NCBI GenBank assembly: GCA_963845145.1
Contig: CAWJQU010000004.1
Coordinates: forward strand, 32,001-96,000
Direction: 5' to 3'
Length of the DNA: 64,000 nt
Source: an uncultured delta proteobacterium
GTDB lineage: Bacteria > Desulfobacterota > Desulfobacteria > Desulfobacterales > QNYZ01
Part shown: piece after piece, positions 8,171-17,531 of the stretch
Layout of the letters: the number at the start of each line of letters is the position of its first letter
How positions within the stretch are numbered: position 1 is the first letter of the stretch
Made by a program: the position numbers and the translations under genes
Notes under the pieces: model-generated
Seen by the model: only the letters and a program-made list of their open reading frames with translations
What the model was told of the DNA's origin: nothing
Database searches by the model: none

Positions 8171-9130
8171 TTAAAACAGTGCTTTAATGGCCCGATACAT
8201 TAAAAAGGATGTGGTGGCCGACAACGTCGGGGTCAACACCCAGCCCCCAAGTATCGTAAATAGTGTTTTTTTACTGATGGATTTGGCGCCTTTGACCAAC
8301 CCAACGCCCACGACGGCCCCCACAACGGCCGAAGAGGTGGATACCGGAATGCCGAGCATGGAAAACAGGTGCATGCCGAAGGCCGAGGAAAGCTGGGCGA
8401 TAAAAGCACCGGGAATATCCAGGGGCGTAATCCCTTTGCCGACCGTATCGGCGACTTTTTTACCATACGTGATGGCACCGATGGCAATGGCGACGCCACC
8501 GATGACCAGGAGCAGGGTTGGATGAACGATACCGAGGTTGGCAATAGGACCAACGGCATTGCCGGCATTATTGGCGCCCATGGAATAGGCTACATAACAG
8601 GCCGAGAGGATGGCTAACCATCCCAGGGTATTTTGAACGAGCAGCTGACTTGTTCTGACGCGGCGCAGGGATAGGATCAAGAGACGATATAAACCATATG
8701 CGAGGAGCATGACCAAAATGGGGCAAATCAGCCAACTTTCCGCAATCGTTATGAGCTTGGAATAATCGATTTTTGCATTGACGGCCAGGCCGATACCGAG
8801 AACCCCCCCGACAATGGCCTGGGAAGTGGAGGTCGGAATTCGATAAAAGGTGGCCAGGGTGACAAAAAAACCGGAGCAGAGCAGGGCGACGAATATGGCG
8901 ATATAATCCAGATCTTGCTGGACAATGCCCTTTCCGATCGTTTTCATCACTTCGCCACCTTGAAGTACCGCGCCGATAAAGGAAAAGGTGGCTACGAGGA
9001 TTACAGCCTTTTTGAAAGTGATGAGTCCGCAACCGATAGAGGTGCCGATACAATTGGCCGTATCATTGGCACCGATATTCCAGCCGACATAGGCTCCCGC
9101 GCCCAGCATAATGAAGATTATTGGATCGAT
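8171..9130 (-). CDS. Inorganic phosphate transporter (PiT family)
   Basis: Signature GANDTAN and GANNAGNAVG, PTSTSQA, PVSTSSA; first ATG is 9109, and an in-frame ATC at 9130 has the better SD (GAGGA). Confidence 0.92.
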   Translation of the reverse strand: MDPIIFIMLGAGAYVGWNIGANDTANCIGTSIGCGLITFKKAVILVATFSFIGAVLQGGEVMKTIGKGIVQQDLDYIAIFVALLCSGFFVTLATFYRIPTSTSQAIVGGVLGIGLAVNAKIDYSKLITIAESWLICPILVMLLAYGLYRLLILSLRRVRTSQLLVQNTLGWLAILSACYVAYSMGANNAGNAVGPIANLGIVHPTLLLVIGGVAIAIGAITYGKKVADTVGKGITPLDIPGAFIAQLSSAFGMHLFSMLGIPVSTSSAVVGAVVGVGLVKGAKSISKKTLFTILGGWVLTPTLSATTSFLMYRAIKALF

Positions 9131-9167
9131 GGCGTTTCCTCGAAAAAACCCGTGGAGAAGGATCTGG

Positions 9168-11276
9168 CTATTTTGTGCGCCATGCTTTGGTTGCCTTTCG
9201 AAAGAAAGCGTTTATGCCTTCACCGAAAATACGAACGACAATGTTGGCAAAGACAATCAGCATGCACATGGCCGCGGCAGGGGCTTGATCGCCGGCATCA
9301 TCCATATTGACGACAGCCACAGAGGCCACCGCCGTGTCCGAAGAGTAAAGAAAAATAACCGCCGATACCGTCGCCATTGAGCTGACAAAATAATACATGG
9401 CAATTTCCAAAATCGCCGGAAAGCATACGGGGACGGTAACCCGAAAAAACGTTCGGTAAAATGGCACCGACATGGACTCGGAAACGGTTTCAAATTCTTT
9501 GTCGAGTTGTCGTAACGCCGAAGTAGCCGTTAAGAAGCTGACCGTGTAAAAGTGGATGATATTGGCAATGATGAGAATCCATAAAGTGCCATAGAGGCTA
9601 TTCATGGGATTATAAAATGAAATATCGGTAAAGGGGATTTTAAAGTGAGTGGTGTTGAAAAAGAAAATATAGGCGATACCGATCACCATACCCGGCAGGG
9701 CCAGGGGGATGATGGACAGAAAATAGGCCGCCTGTCGCAAAAGGGCCACCCGGCGTGTTTTTTCGATGAGGTATGCGGACCCGAAGGTGACCATCGTGCC
9801 GATTGCGGCTGTATAAGCCGCCATACGGATACTGTTCCAGAAAGAGCGATACCCGCCACCGCCTACATCGGCAAAGGTATAGTGCCAAAACCCCAGCGAA
9901 AAATCGTAGGGCCACATTTTTACCAGGGACCCGAAACCGGCGGCAAAGAGCATGGTTAGAATAAATCCGGCAATCAGCGAGGCAATGGTAAACATCACCG
10001 TATCCGTGCTCCAATTCCGTTTGGGAGTGTAGGGCACGCTACGGGCAGTCATGGCGACGATCTGTCGGCGTTGAACGATGCGGTCGGCGATAAAAGATAT
10101 AATCGCCGGGATCAGAAGGATAATACTGATGGTGGCACCCATGCCGAAGTTCTGCTGGCCGATAACCTGTTTATAAATATCGACGGCCAGGATATTGTAA
10201 TTGCCACCGACCACTTTGGGTGCTCCGAAATCCGTAAAACATAAAGTGAAGCAAACGAAAATAGCGCTGACCAGACCAAATTTTATTCCGGGAAGCGTGA
10301 CGGTAAAAAAGATTCGTGTCGGCTTGGCCCCCAGGCTGACGGCGGCCTCATACAGCCGCGCATCGGTATTCAGAAGAGAGACCATCAGGATCATGTATGC
10401 CGCCGGAAAGGTAAAAACGGTTTCGGCAATGATAATGCCGACCGGGCCGTACAGCCCAATATCCCATTGCAGCCAGGGCAGGTGTCCGAAAAAGCCGGTG
10501 GTAATAAAGCCTTTGTTGCCAAAAATAAATACCAGCGACAGACCGTAAAGCATGGTCGGTGCATACAGGGGCAGCATGGCAACGATGCGGAAAAAAGCTT
10601 TGCCTGGAATCAGGCTGCGGGTAACGGCATACGCATAGGCCAGGGCTAAAATGACAGCGATAAACGTTGTCAATACGGAAACAAAAAGGCTGTTGTAAAC
10701 CGAATAATAAAGCGCCCGGTTGGAAAAATAATTAACAAAGTTGCTGAGCCCAATCCAACTGCGAACCTGCCCACTATATTCATCGCCTTCAAGGGGGATG
10801 CCGTTGATCATATACCGATCGCCGTCCACGGTAGCCGTCACTTCCTTTATCTTGACCGGGTCGGCATAGTTCATTGCCTTGGTGCAGGCGACCTTGTATA
10901 TTTTTTCATTTCTCACTTTGACGGTAAGACCATCGTGGGTGTAAATATTGTCCATCAATGGAAACGTCTTTTTATCTATCACCAATTGCAGGGTTTCCTG
11001 GTTGATGAAAACCCGCCGGCCGCCAATTCGCACATCATCACCACCCCAGATGGATACCAGCACATCGGCATGCATACTGCGATCAATAAGCTGGTAGACA
11101 GGAAGGAGGACGGCCACGAGCATCCAGATGATCATGAGGAAAATCAGTGCCCGCTTGAGCCAGTTTTCCGAACTGGTCCGTTGCCGAACCTTCTGGGCAA
11201 CGACGGTCAGTGGGTCAAATACCCGGATGGCGGATTTTAGCCGTTTTTGCGTGCTGGCGGTGTCTGATTCCGGCAT
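9168..11276 (-). CDS. Putative 2-aminoethylphosphonate ABC transporter permease (fused double TMD, PhnU2/AepW-like)
   Basis: Two EAA loops (YEAAVSLGA, FETVSESM), FTDFGAPKVVGG, VYKQVIGQQNF-like segment, MDDAGD. Confidence 0.88.
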   Translation of the reverse strand: MPESDTASTQKRLKSAIRVFDPLTVVAQKVRQRTSSENWLKRALIFLMIIWMLVAVLLPVYQLIDRSMHADVLVSIWGGDDVRIGGRRVFINQETLQLVIDKKTFPLMDNIYTHDGLTVKVRNEKIYKVACTKAMNYADPVKIKEVTATVDGDRYMINGIPLEGDEYSGQVRSWIGLSNFVNYFSNRALYYSVYNSLFVSVLTTFIAVILALAYAYAVTRSLIPGKAFFRIVAMLPLYAPTMLYGLSLVFIFGNKGFITTGFFGHLPWLQWDIGLYGPVGIIIAETVFTFPAAYMILMVSLLNTDARLYEAAVSLGAKPTRIFFTVTLPGIKFGLVSAIFVCFTLCFTDFGAPKVVGGNYNILAVDIYKQVIGQQNFGMGATISIILLIPAIISFIADRIVQRRQIVAMTARSVPYTPKRNWSTDTVMFTIASLIAGFILTMLFAAGFGSLVKMWPYDFSLGFWHYTFADVGGGGYRSFWNSIRMAAYTAAIGTMVTFGSAYLIEKTRRVALLRQAAYFLSIIPLALPGMVIGIAYIFFFNTTHFKIPFTDISFYNPMNSLYGTLWILIIANIIHFYTVSFLTATSALRQLDKEFETVSESMSVPFYRTFFRVTVPVCFPAILEIAMYYFVSSMATVSAVIFLYSSDTAVASVAVVNMDDAGDQAPAAAMCMLIVFANIVVRIFGEGINAFFRKATKAWRTK

Positions 11277-11318
11277 TGTTAGCGTCCAAACCTATTGGTA
11301 ATCTTCATTGTCGCCCTA

Positions 11319-12446
11319 TTATTCACCTTTTGGCTCAAATATCAGCAGGCGTTCCGGAGGAAAATAGATGGACAACGGGCTGTTTTTCTTTATTTCCAAC
11401 CGCTCAATTTTCTCGGCGGGCAGATCGGCCTCAATTGCGGGAGATTTCAAATTCTCATCTTCGACCTTAAGGCGCAGACGTAAGCGATAGGAGGAACCGC
11501 GAAACTCAATTTTCTCTACATTCGTGGCCAGAATATTTTCACCCCTGTCGCTGGTTTCCAGGACCCGAATATCTTCCGGGCGGATGGTAACTGTGACTTC
11601 CCTCCCTATAAAATCTTTGGTTTTACCGTTTGCCGCTTCAAGCTTATGGTTTCCATAGCAGAGTGTGGTTTGGTCACATACTTTCCACCCGGATAGAAAA
11701 TTCATGGTACCGATAAAGCCGGCGACAAATGGGTCCCTGGGCGTATGGTAAAGGGATTGGGGCGAGTCGCACTGGATGATTCGACCCGCGTTGATGAGGA
11801 TGACACGGTCGGCCATGGTCAGCGCTTCCTCCTGGTCATGGGTAACCATAATCGTGGTAATTTGAAGCCGTTGCTGCAGTTCCCGGATTTCACTTCTTAG
11901 GTAAACCCTCACCTGGGCGTCCAGAGCGGACAACGGTTCATCTAAAAGCAGCATGGCCGGGCTCGGCGCCAGGGCTCGAGCCAAGGCTACCCGCTGTTGC
12001 TGCCCCCCGGATAGCTGGGCCGGATATTTTTTGCCGGTATCACCCAGCCCTACCAGATCAAGCATCTTTTGGGCTCGTTTGGACCGATCTTTTTTATTGT
12101 AATCCGAACCCTTAAGGCCGTAAGAAACATTCTGCGCAGCGGTGATATTGGGAAAGAGTGCGTAGGATTGAAAAACGATACCGCACTCTCTTTGGGAGGT
12201 GGGCATGCGGGAAATATCATTGCCCTTCAATATGACTTGCCCGACATTTTGTTCTTCTAAGCCGGCGATCACGCGCAGCAATGTCGTTTTCCCACAACCA
12301 CTGGGTCCGAGGATACAGACCAGCTCTCCGGGATAGACTTCCATGGAAACATCTTCCAAGGCCACAAAACGGCCGAATGTCTTGGTGACATTCCTGACCT
12401 CTAAGAAGGGTTCGCCACCGATTTTTTGGGCTGGTTCCGGAGGCAT
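11319..12446 (-). CDS. Putative 2-aminoethylphosphonate ABC transporter ATP-binding protein
   Basis: Walker [38 protein letters not shown]-terminal TOBE-like region. Confidence 0.92.
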   Translation of the reverse strand: MPPEPAQKIGGEPFLEVRNVTKTFGRFVALEDVSMEVYPGELVCILGPSGCGKTTLLRVIAGLEEQNVGQVILKGNDISRMPTSQRECGIVFQSYALFPNITAAQNVSYGLKGSDYNKKDRSKRAQKMLDLVGLGDTGKKYPAQLSGGQQQRVALARALAPSPAMLLLDEPLSALDAQVRVYLRSEIRELQQRLQITTIMVTHDQEEALTMADRVILINAGRIIQCDSPQSLYHTPRDPFVAGFIGTMNFLSGWKVCDQTTLCYGNHKLEAANGKTKDFIGREVTVTIRPEDIRVLETSDRGENILATNVEKIEFRGSSYRLRLRLKVEDENLKSPAIEADLPAEKIERLEIKKNSPLSIYFPPERLLIFEPKGE

Positions 12447-12469
12447 AAAAAAACTCCTTTAAAAAGATA

Positions 12470-12497
12470 CCGGCGCGCCCATAGAAGGGCGCGCCGG
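12470..12497. terminator. GC-rich hairpin after the SBP gene (terminator or mRNA stabiliser)
   Basis: CCGGCGCGCCC-ATAGAA-GGGCGCGCCGG, with a T-run following on the minus strand. Confidence 0.65.
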
Positions 12498-12545
12498 AAA
12501 GGATGATTAACGATTGTTCAGAAATGATGCATTAGGTCGATTCTA

Positions 12546-13601
12546 TTATTTTTTGGGCAGGCTCTTGCCATCATAGCGCTTGGTCCACTCTTTCAGAATC
12601 GCCGCCCGATTTCGCGCTGCCCAGTCAAAATCATTGTCGATGAGCTGCACGGCGGGATCCTGGGGATATCCATCGGGTACGGTGACTGGAACCACTTTGG
12701 AACCGATGATGGGATAAACCTTGACATACATTTTAAAGGCATCGTCACTGATAGCCCAGTCTAGAAAAACCTTAGCTTCAGGTTTCATCTTCGGTTTTTT
12801 GATCAATCCGTTGGCCTCAACTTCCCAGCCTGATTTTTCCTTGGGAAAGGCCACCTCAACAGGCTCGCCTTTGCTCTTTTGTTTAAAGCCACGATAAGCA
12901 AACGAGATGCCGATGGGATACTCGCCTTTGCCGGCCATCTTGGCGGGTTTTGACCCGGAGTGGGTGTAAACGGCGATATTTTCGTGAAGTTTATCAAGAT
13001 AGGCCCAGCCCTTTTCTTCTCCCATGATTTGGAGAATGGCGGAAACGGTTAAAAACCCTGTTCCTGAAGAGGCCGGGTTTGGCATCACTATGTGCCCTTT
13101 ATACATGGGATCCGCTAAATCGGCATAGGATTGCGGTAATTTGAGGCCTTTGGTCTTCATTTCGATCGTGTTTCCCACAATTCCGGTCATGTAGGCTTTC
13201 AAACCGGTCCAATGGGCCTCTTTGTTTTTCTGGTCAAAGAAGGCAGGCTTGAGATTTTCGATGCCCTTGGGGTTATAACCCGCCAGCATGCCGACCTGGT
13301 CGCAGACCAACAGGCTTGTGGCTGACAGGCCCCAAATCAGGTCTGCCTGAGGGTTGTCTTTTTCGGCCAGAAGCTTAGCGGTGACGATACCGGTGGAGTC
13401 GCGGACAATATTGGCCTTTATGTCAGGATGTTTGGCTTCCCAGTCCTTCATGTAAATGGCCAACTCGTCGTCTTCAAGGGCCGTATATACCAGGATTTCC
13501 CCGGCATAGAGATTTGAAAAACCGACAAGGGTAAGGGCCAGGGCGATGCCGAAGGTCCAGCTAAAAAATCGGATAAAACGATGGGTACGAAATGGGTTCA
13601 T
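12546..13601 (-). CDS. Putative 2-aminoethylphosphonate ABC transporter substrate-binding protein (AepX/PhnS2-like)
   Basis: Signal peptide; [47 protein letters not shown]. Confidence 0.88.
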   Translation of the reverse strand: MNPFRTHRFIRFFSWTFGIALALTLVGFSNLYAGEILVYTALEDDELAIYMKDWEAKHPDIKANIVRDSTGIVTAKLLAEKDNPQADLIWGLSATSLLVCDQVGMLAGYNPKGIENLKPAFFDQKNKEAHWTGLKAYMTGIVGNTIEMKTKGLKLPQSYADLADPMYKGHIVMPNPASSGTGFLTVSAILQIMGEEKGWAYLDKLHENIAVYTHSGSKPAKMAGKGEYPIGISFAYRGFKQKSKGEPVEVAFPKEKSGWEVEANGLIKKPKMKPEAKVFLDWAISDDAFKMYVKVYPIIGSKVVPVTVPDGYPQDPAVQLIDNDFDWAARNRAAILKEWTKRYDGKSLPKK

Positions 13602-13721
13602 TGTCTCCTCCTCTGTGGTTGGCGCGGTTAGCGGGTGGTCTAAAGGGCGACGATTACTTCAAGATAAAACACGGTCGGCTTGAATAGGGGACAAATAGCG
13701 GAATTAACACAACCTGACAAG

Positions 13722-13736
13722 GCAAAAGCCGTCCCA
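13722..13736 (-). promoter_or_regulatory. Candidate sigma54 (-24/-12) promoter for the transporter operon
   Basis: TGGGACGGCTTTTGC on the minus strand (GG-N10-GC), about 120 bp upstream of the SBP start. Confidence 0.45.
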
Positions 13737-13905
13737 TGATTCACTCTCATGAAATTCTAACACAATGAGCAAGTACTTAACAATAGCGAGCACGGTTATA
13801 AAGGGGTTTGGACTTATTGAATCGTAATTTTAGCGATAGTTCAATCTATCATGAATCGGTTTAGGTGTCGCCTTTTTAAAAAGGGCAACAGATTTGTTGA
13901 GTTTC

Positions 13906-13928
13906 TGATAAAAAAATATTTTTTATCA
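13906..13928. promoter_or_regulatory. Perfect AT-rich palindrome, candidate regulator site
   Basis: TGATAAAAAA-ATA-TTTTTTATCA. Confidence 0.45.
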
Positions 13929-14086
13929 CCGCTTTTATCATCGCGGCTGTATAAACATCTATAACTTTAAACTAACTATGTCAAGAAATTAACTGTGTCA
14001 AGTAATTTCGTCAAGGTAATTAATATTATCATTTTAATAATAAATAGTTATCGATTGTTTGCAGAATGGGCGCAATAATTGTTTTG

Positions 14087-15439
14087 TCAGATGAGGCTTT
14101 TTTCCACCTGGCCAAGGGACAGGTCGAGAATATCAATGGCTTTGTCCATTTCATCCCGTGTAATGACCAACGCCGGTGTCAGGGTGAGAATATTACCCAT
14201 TGTCAGTTTGAAGCTCAAGCCATTGGATAGGGCGCTGTACATAACGGCTTCGGCTTCTTCGTTGGCAGGGTGTCCGTTTTTGATAAGCTCGATACCTAAA
14301 AACAGGCCGATACCGCGGACGTTCCCGATAAGCGGATGTCGGGATTGCATTTTTTGCATGCGGTCCAAGGCATGGGTCCCAATTTCACGCGCATGGGCCG
14401 GTAGATTATTGGCTTCGATATATTCGATAGCCGCCAGAGCAGCCGCGCAGGCAACCGGGCTTTTTTCATGGGTGTAGTGGCCCAGTGCACGGTCGCCGGC
14501 TTGATCCAGGTCCTTTCGGGCGATTACAGCCGCCAGGGGCATGATCCCGCCGCCCAAGCCCTTGCCGATACATAAAATATCGGGCGTGACATCGAAATTT
14601 TCGCAGGTAAACATTTTTCCCGTGCGGCCCAGAGCATGGGGAATTTCATCGAAAATCAACAAGGCGCCATAAGTGTCGCAGGCCCGGCGAATTTGTTGCC
14701 AATATTTTTTGGACGGGACATAAGGCGTGCTTCGAATCGGCTCGGCGATTACAGCCGCGATGTCGCCCTCTTGCTTTAATATGTACGCCACATAAGCGGC
14801 GCAAAACATCTCCCATTCTTCATCGCCCCCCAGGTCGTAAAATGCCCGGGACGGATCGGGGGCAGGGACGTGTTCAGTACCCGGTAACAGCGGTCCGGCA
14901 TTTTTTCTAAACACCGCCTCGCCGCCGATGGATATGGCGTCTAAGGTGGCGCCATGAAAGGCATCCCACATGGAGATGGTTTTATGTCGGCCGGTGACCA
15001 CCCGGGCCAATTTTAGAGCGATACCGATCGCCTCAGCGCCACCGGGACAAAAAAGGACTTTATTCAGATCGCCAGGGGCTAAGGTCGCGAGTTTTTCCGC
15101 CAGGTTGACGGCTGTTTCGTTGGTGTAGCGGCGTGTACAAAAAGAGAGGGTGTCGAGTTGCTTTTTAATGGCCGCAATGACTTCGGTGTTACCGAAACCC
15201 ACCTGGTGTACGTTGTTGCCGTGAAAATCCATGTAGCGTCGTCCCTGGAGATCTTCTATATAGATACCCTCGCAGGACTTCATGGCATTCAGGCAGGGTG
15301 AGGAGAGCGATTGCTCCAGAAAGTAGAGATGGTCACGCTCAAGCAATTCCCGAGTGGCATCGTTAAGATGTTTCTGCTGCCATTTTATCCGCCTATCGGT
15401 AAGATTGATATCACCCTCGGATTTATCGTATTCACCCAT
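14087..15439 (-). CDS. pbfA: (R)-1-hydroxy-2-aminoethylphosphonate ammonia-lyase-like class III PLP enzyme
   Basis: N-terminal SEGDIN..R..W, QSLSSPCL, MDFHGNNVHQVGFG, FCTRRYTN, IFDEIP, GKGLGGG, GHYTHEKSP; AEP context. Confidence 0.8.
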   Translation of the reverse strand: MGEYDKSEGDINLTDRRIKWQQKHLNDATRELLERDHLYFLEQSLSSPCLNAMKSCEGIYIEDLQGRRYMDFHGNNVHQVGFGNTEVIAAIKKQLDTLSFCTRRYTNETAVNLAEKLATLAPGDLNKVLFCPGGAEAIGIALKLARVVTGRHKTISMWDAFHGATLDAISIGGEAVFRKNAGPLLPGTEHVPAPDPSRAFYDLGGDEEWEMFCAAYVAYILKQEGDIAAVIAEPIRSTPYVPSKKYWQQIRRACDTYGALLIFDEIPHALGRTGKMFTCENFDVTPDILCIGKGLGGGIMPLAAVIARKDLDQAGDRALGHYTHEKSPVACAAALAAIEYIEANNLPAHAREIGTHALDRMQKMQSRHPLIGNVRGIGLFLGIELIKNGHPANEEAEAVMYSALSNGLSFKLTMGNILTLTPALVITRDEMDKAIDILDLSLGQVEKSLI

Positions 15440-15517
15440 TGAATGGCCTTTACGTTTATTTCTGTGTCATACGGAGAAAAAATTAGGAAAACTATGCCTC
15501 GCTCCTAATAGTCTTTG

Positions 15518-16300
15518 TTACTTACCTTTATAGTTGGGTTTTCGCTTTTCCTGAAATGCGGCCAAGCCTTCAAGTCGATCCTCGCTGGGGATTAAAGTCC
15601 AGTACGCATTGGATTCAATGGCCAGGCCGGTAGACAGATCCGTCTCCAGGCCGTGGTTGATGGCATGCTTGGCCTGAGCGATGGCCAGAGGCCCGGCCTC
15701 GCAGATCGTGGCCGCCATTTGTCGACATTCGGATAAAAGCGCATCGGGTTCCACTACTTTATTGACCAATCCAATGGAAAGGGCTTCCTCGGCACTGATA
15801 CGGGCCCCGGTAAAAATCAACTCTTTGGCCTTTCCCTTTCCCACTAGCCGGGGCAATCGTTGGGTTCCCCCCGCGCCGGGTATGATGGCCAGACGGGTTT
15901 CGGTAAGGCCCATGGTGGCGTTGGTGGATGCGATTCGCAAATCAGCCGCCAAGGCCAATTCCGTTCCCCCGCCTAGCGCCACCCCGTTGACCGCGGCGAT
16001 GACGGGTTGGTTTAAGTTCTCTATCCGGGTAAACAGATCACGTATGGTGTAAATATACGCTTTTACCTGCACCGGTGACATTGTGCGCCTCTCCTTGAGA
16101 TCAGCCCCGGCGCAAAAGGCACGGTCGCCGGCGCTGGTGATGATCACCACGCGAATATCGGTATTGAATCGAATTTCGTCGATCTTTTGTTCGAGGGCGT
16201 GGAGGAGTGGAAAGTTGAGTGAGTTCATAATTTCGGGGCGGTTAAGCGTCAAGTAAAGAATGCCATCTTCTTCTTTGGCTAATAAGATGTCGTCGGTCAT
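15518..16300 (-). CDS. Enoyl-CoA hydratase/isomerase (methylglutaconyl-CoA hydratase-like)
   Basis: AFCAGADLKER, ALGGGTELALA.D, GLTETRLAIIPGAGGTQRLPRL. Confidence 0.9.
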   Translation of the reverse strand: MTDDILLAKEEDGILYLTLNRPEIMNSLNFPLLHALEQKIDEIRFNTDIRVVIITSAGDRAFCAGADLKERRTMSPVQVKAYIYTIRDLFTRIENLNQPVIAAVNGVALGGGTELALAADLRIASTNATMGLTETRLAIIPGAGGTQRLPRLVGKGKAKELIFTGARISAEEALSIGLVNKVVEPDALLSECRQMAATICEAGPLAIAQAKHAINHGLETDLSTGLAIESNAYWTLIPSEDRLEGLAAFQEKRKPNYKGK

Positions 16301-16314
16301 CGGTTTCTCCTCTA

Positions 16315-17463
16315 TTAGCAGCCGATATGGCGCGAAATAACGATACGCTGAACTTCGGAAGTGCCTTCACCGATATCGAGCAATTTCTGATCCCTATAGA
16401 ATCGTTCTACCTGGTACTCTTTCATCAGTCCGTAACCGCCATGAACCTGAACGGCGTTGTTGACGACCCTGCCCATAGTTTCAGAGCAGTAAAGTTTGGC
16501 CATGGCGGCCAGTTTTTCAAAGGGGCGTTTGTGGTCCCGCATCCAGCAAGATTTGTACAATAGATTTCGAGCGCACTCGATTTCCATGGCTGCATCGGCA
16601 AGCTTGAAAGCCACACCCTGAAATTTGGAAATGGGTTGGCCGAATTGCTCTCTTTTCTGTGCATATTTTAGGGCCAGTTCATAGGCCCCCTGCGCACCCC
16701 CCAGACCCATAGCGGCAATGGACAAACGGCCGCCGTCGAGGGTTTTGAGCATCTGATGAAACCCGTCACCCTGGTTGCCGAGGATGTTCTCGGCCGGGAC
16801 GCGCACGCTGTCAAAATACAACTCAGCCGTACTTGACGATCGCCACATCATCTTCTTTTTCATGGGGACTGCTTTAAATCCAGGTGTGTCGGATTCGACC
16901 AAAAAACAGGTATATTCCGGCTTGCCACTCGGCAGGGTTCCGGTAATGGCCTGGACGGTTACACCCAACGACAGTTCGCAGGCGGCATTGGTAATAAAGA
17001 TCTTTGATCCATTGATCACCCATTCGTTGCCGTCCTTCACGGCAGTGGTTTTGCTTCCCCCGGCATCAGAACCAGCGGTGGGTTCGGTCAACCCAAAACC
17101 CCATAACCCTTCACCGGTGCAGAGTGTGGGTAGATAGGCCTCTTTTTGGGCTTTTGTTCCGAAATAGTAGAGCGGCCCAATGCCCAGAGAGTTGCCGGCA
17201 GCAATCGTCGCTGCTTGGGAGCCATCAATCCGGGCAACTTCTTCGACAGCGATAATATATGAGAGGTAGTCCATTCCCTGGCCTTCGTATTTTTCTGGAA
17301 CGAACATGCCAAAAAGACCGATTTCCCCCATTTTTTGGGTGAGTTGGGGAGAAAAGGTTTCCGATTCGTCAAGCATTTCAGCCACCGGTCTGATTTCACT
17401 TTGGGCAAACTTCCGAACTTCCTTGCGGATCATTTCTTGTTCAACGGATAGATCGAAATTCAA
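16315..17463 (-). CDS. Acyl-CoA dehydrogenase (isovaleryl/short branched-chain type)
   Basis: LTEPTAGSDA, NGSKIFITN, REQFGQPI, VHGGYG, IGEGTSEVQR; TTG start with GGAGG SD. Confidence 0.92.
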   Translation of the reverse strand: MNFDLSVEQEMIRKEVRKFAQSEIRPVAEMLDESETFSPQLTQKMGEIGLFGMFVPEKYEGQGMDYLSYIIAVEEVARIDGSQAATIAAGNSLGIGPLYYFGTKAQKEAYLPTLCTGEGLWGFGLTEPTAGSDAGGSKTTAVKDGNEWVINGSKIFITNAACELSLGVTVQAITGTLPSGKPEYTCFLVESDTPGFKAVPMKKKMMWRSSSTAELYFDSVRVPAENILGNQGDGFHQMLKTLDGGRLSIAAMGLGGAQGAYELALKYAQKREQFGQPISKFQGVAFKLADAAMEIECARNLLYKSCWMRDHKRPFEKLAAMAKLYCSETMGRVVNNAVQVHGGYGLMKEYQVERFYRDQKLLDIGEGTSEVQRIVISRHIGC

Positions 17464-17489
17464 GGGTGCCTCCCGGTTATGATTGAAGA
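17450..17489. repeat. 40-bp direct repeat copy 1 (RBS and start of the acyl-CoA dehydrogenase gene)
   Basis: 35/40 identical to 18745-18784. Confidence 0.75.
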
Positions 17490-17531
17490 TTGTCGGGTCA
17501 TCGTCTATTTGCGGACTATCTATCCGGTTAA

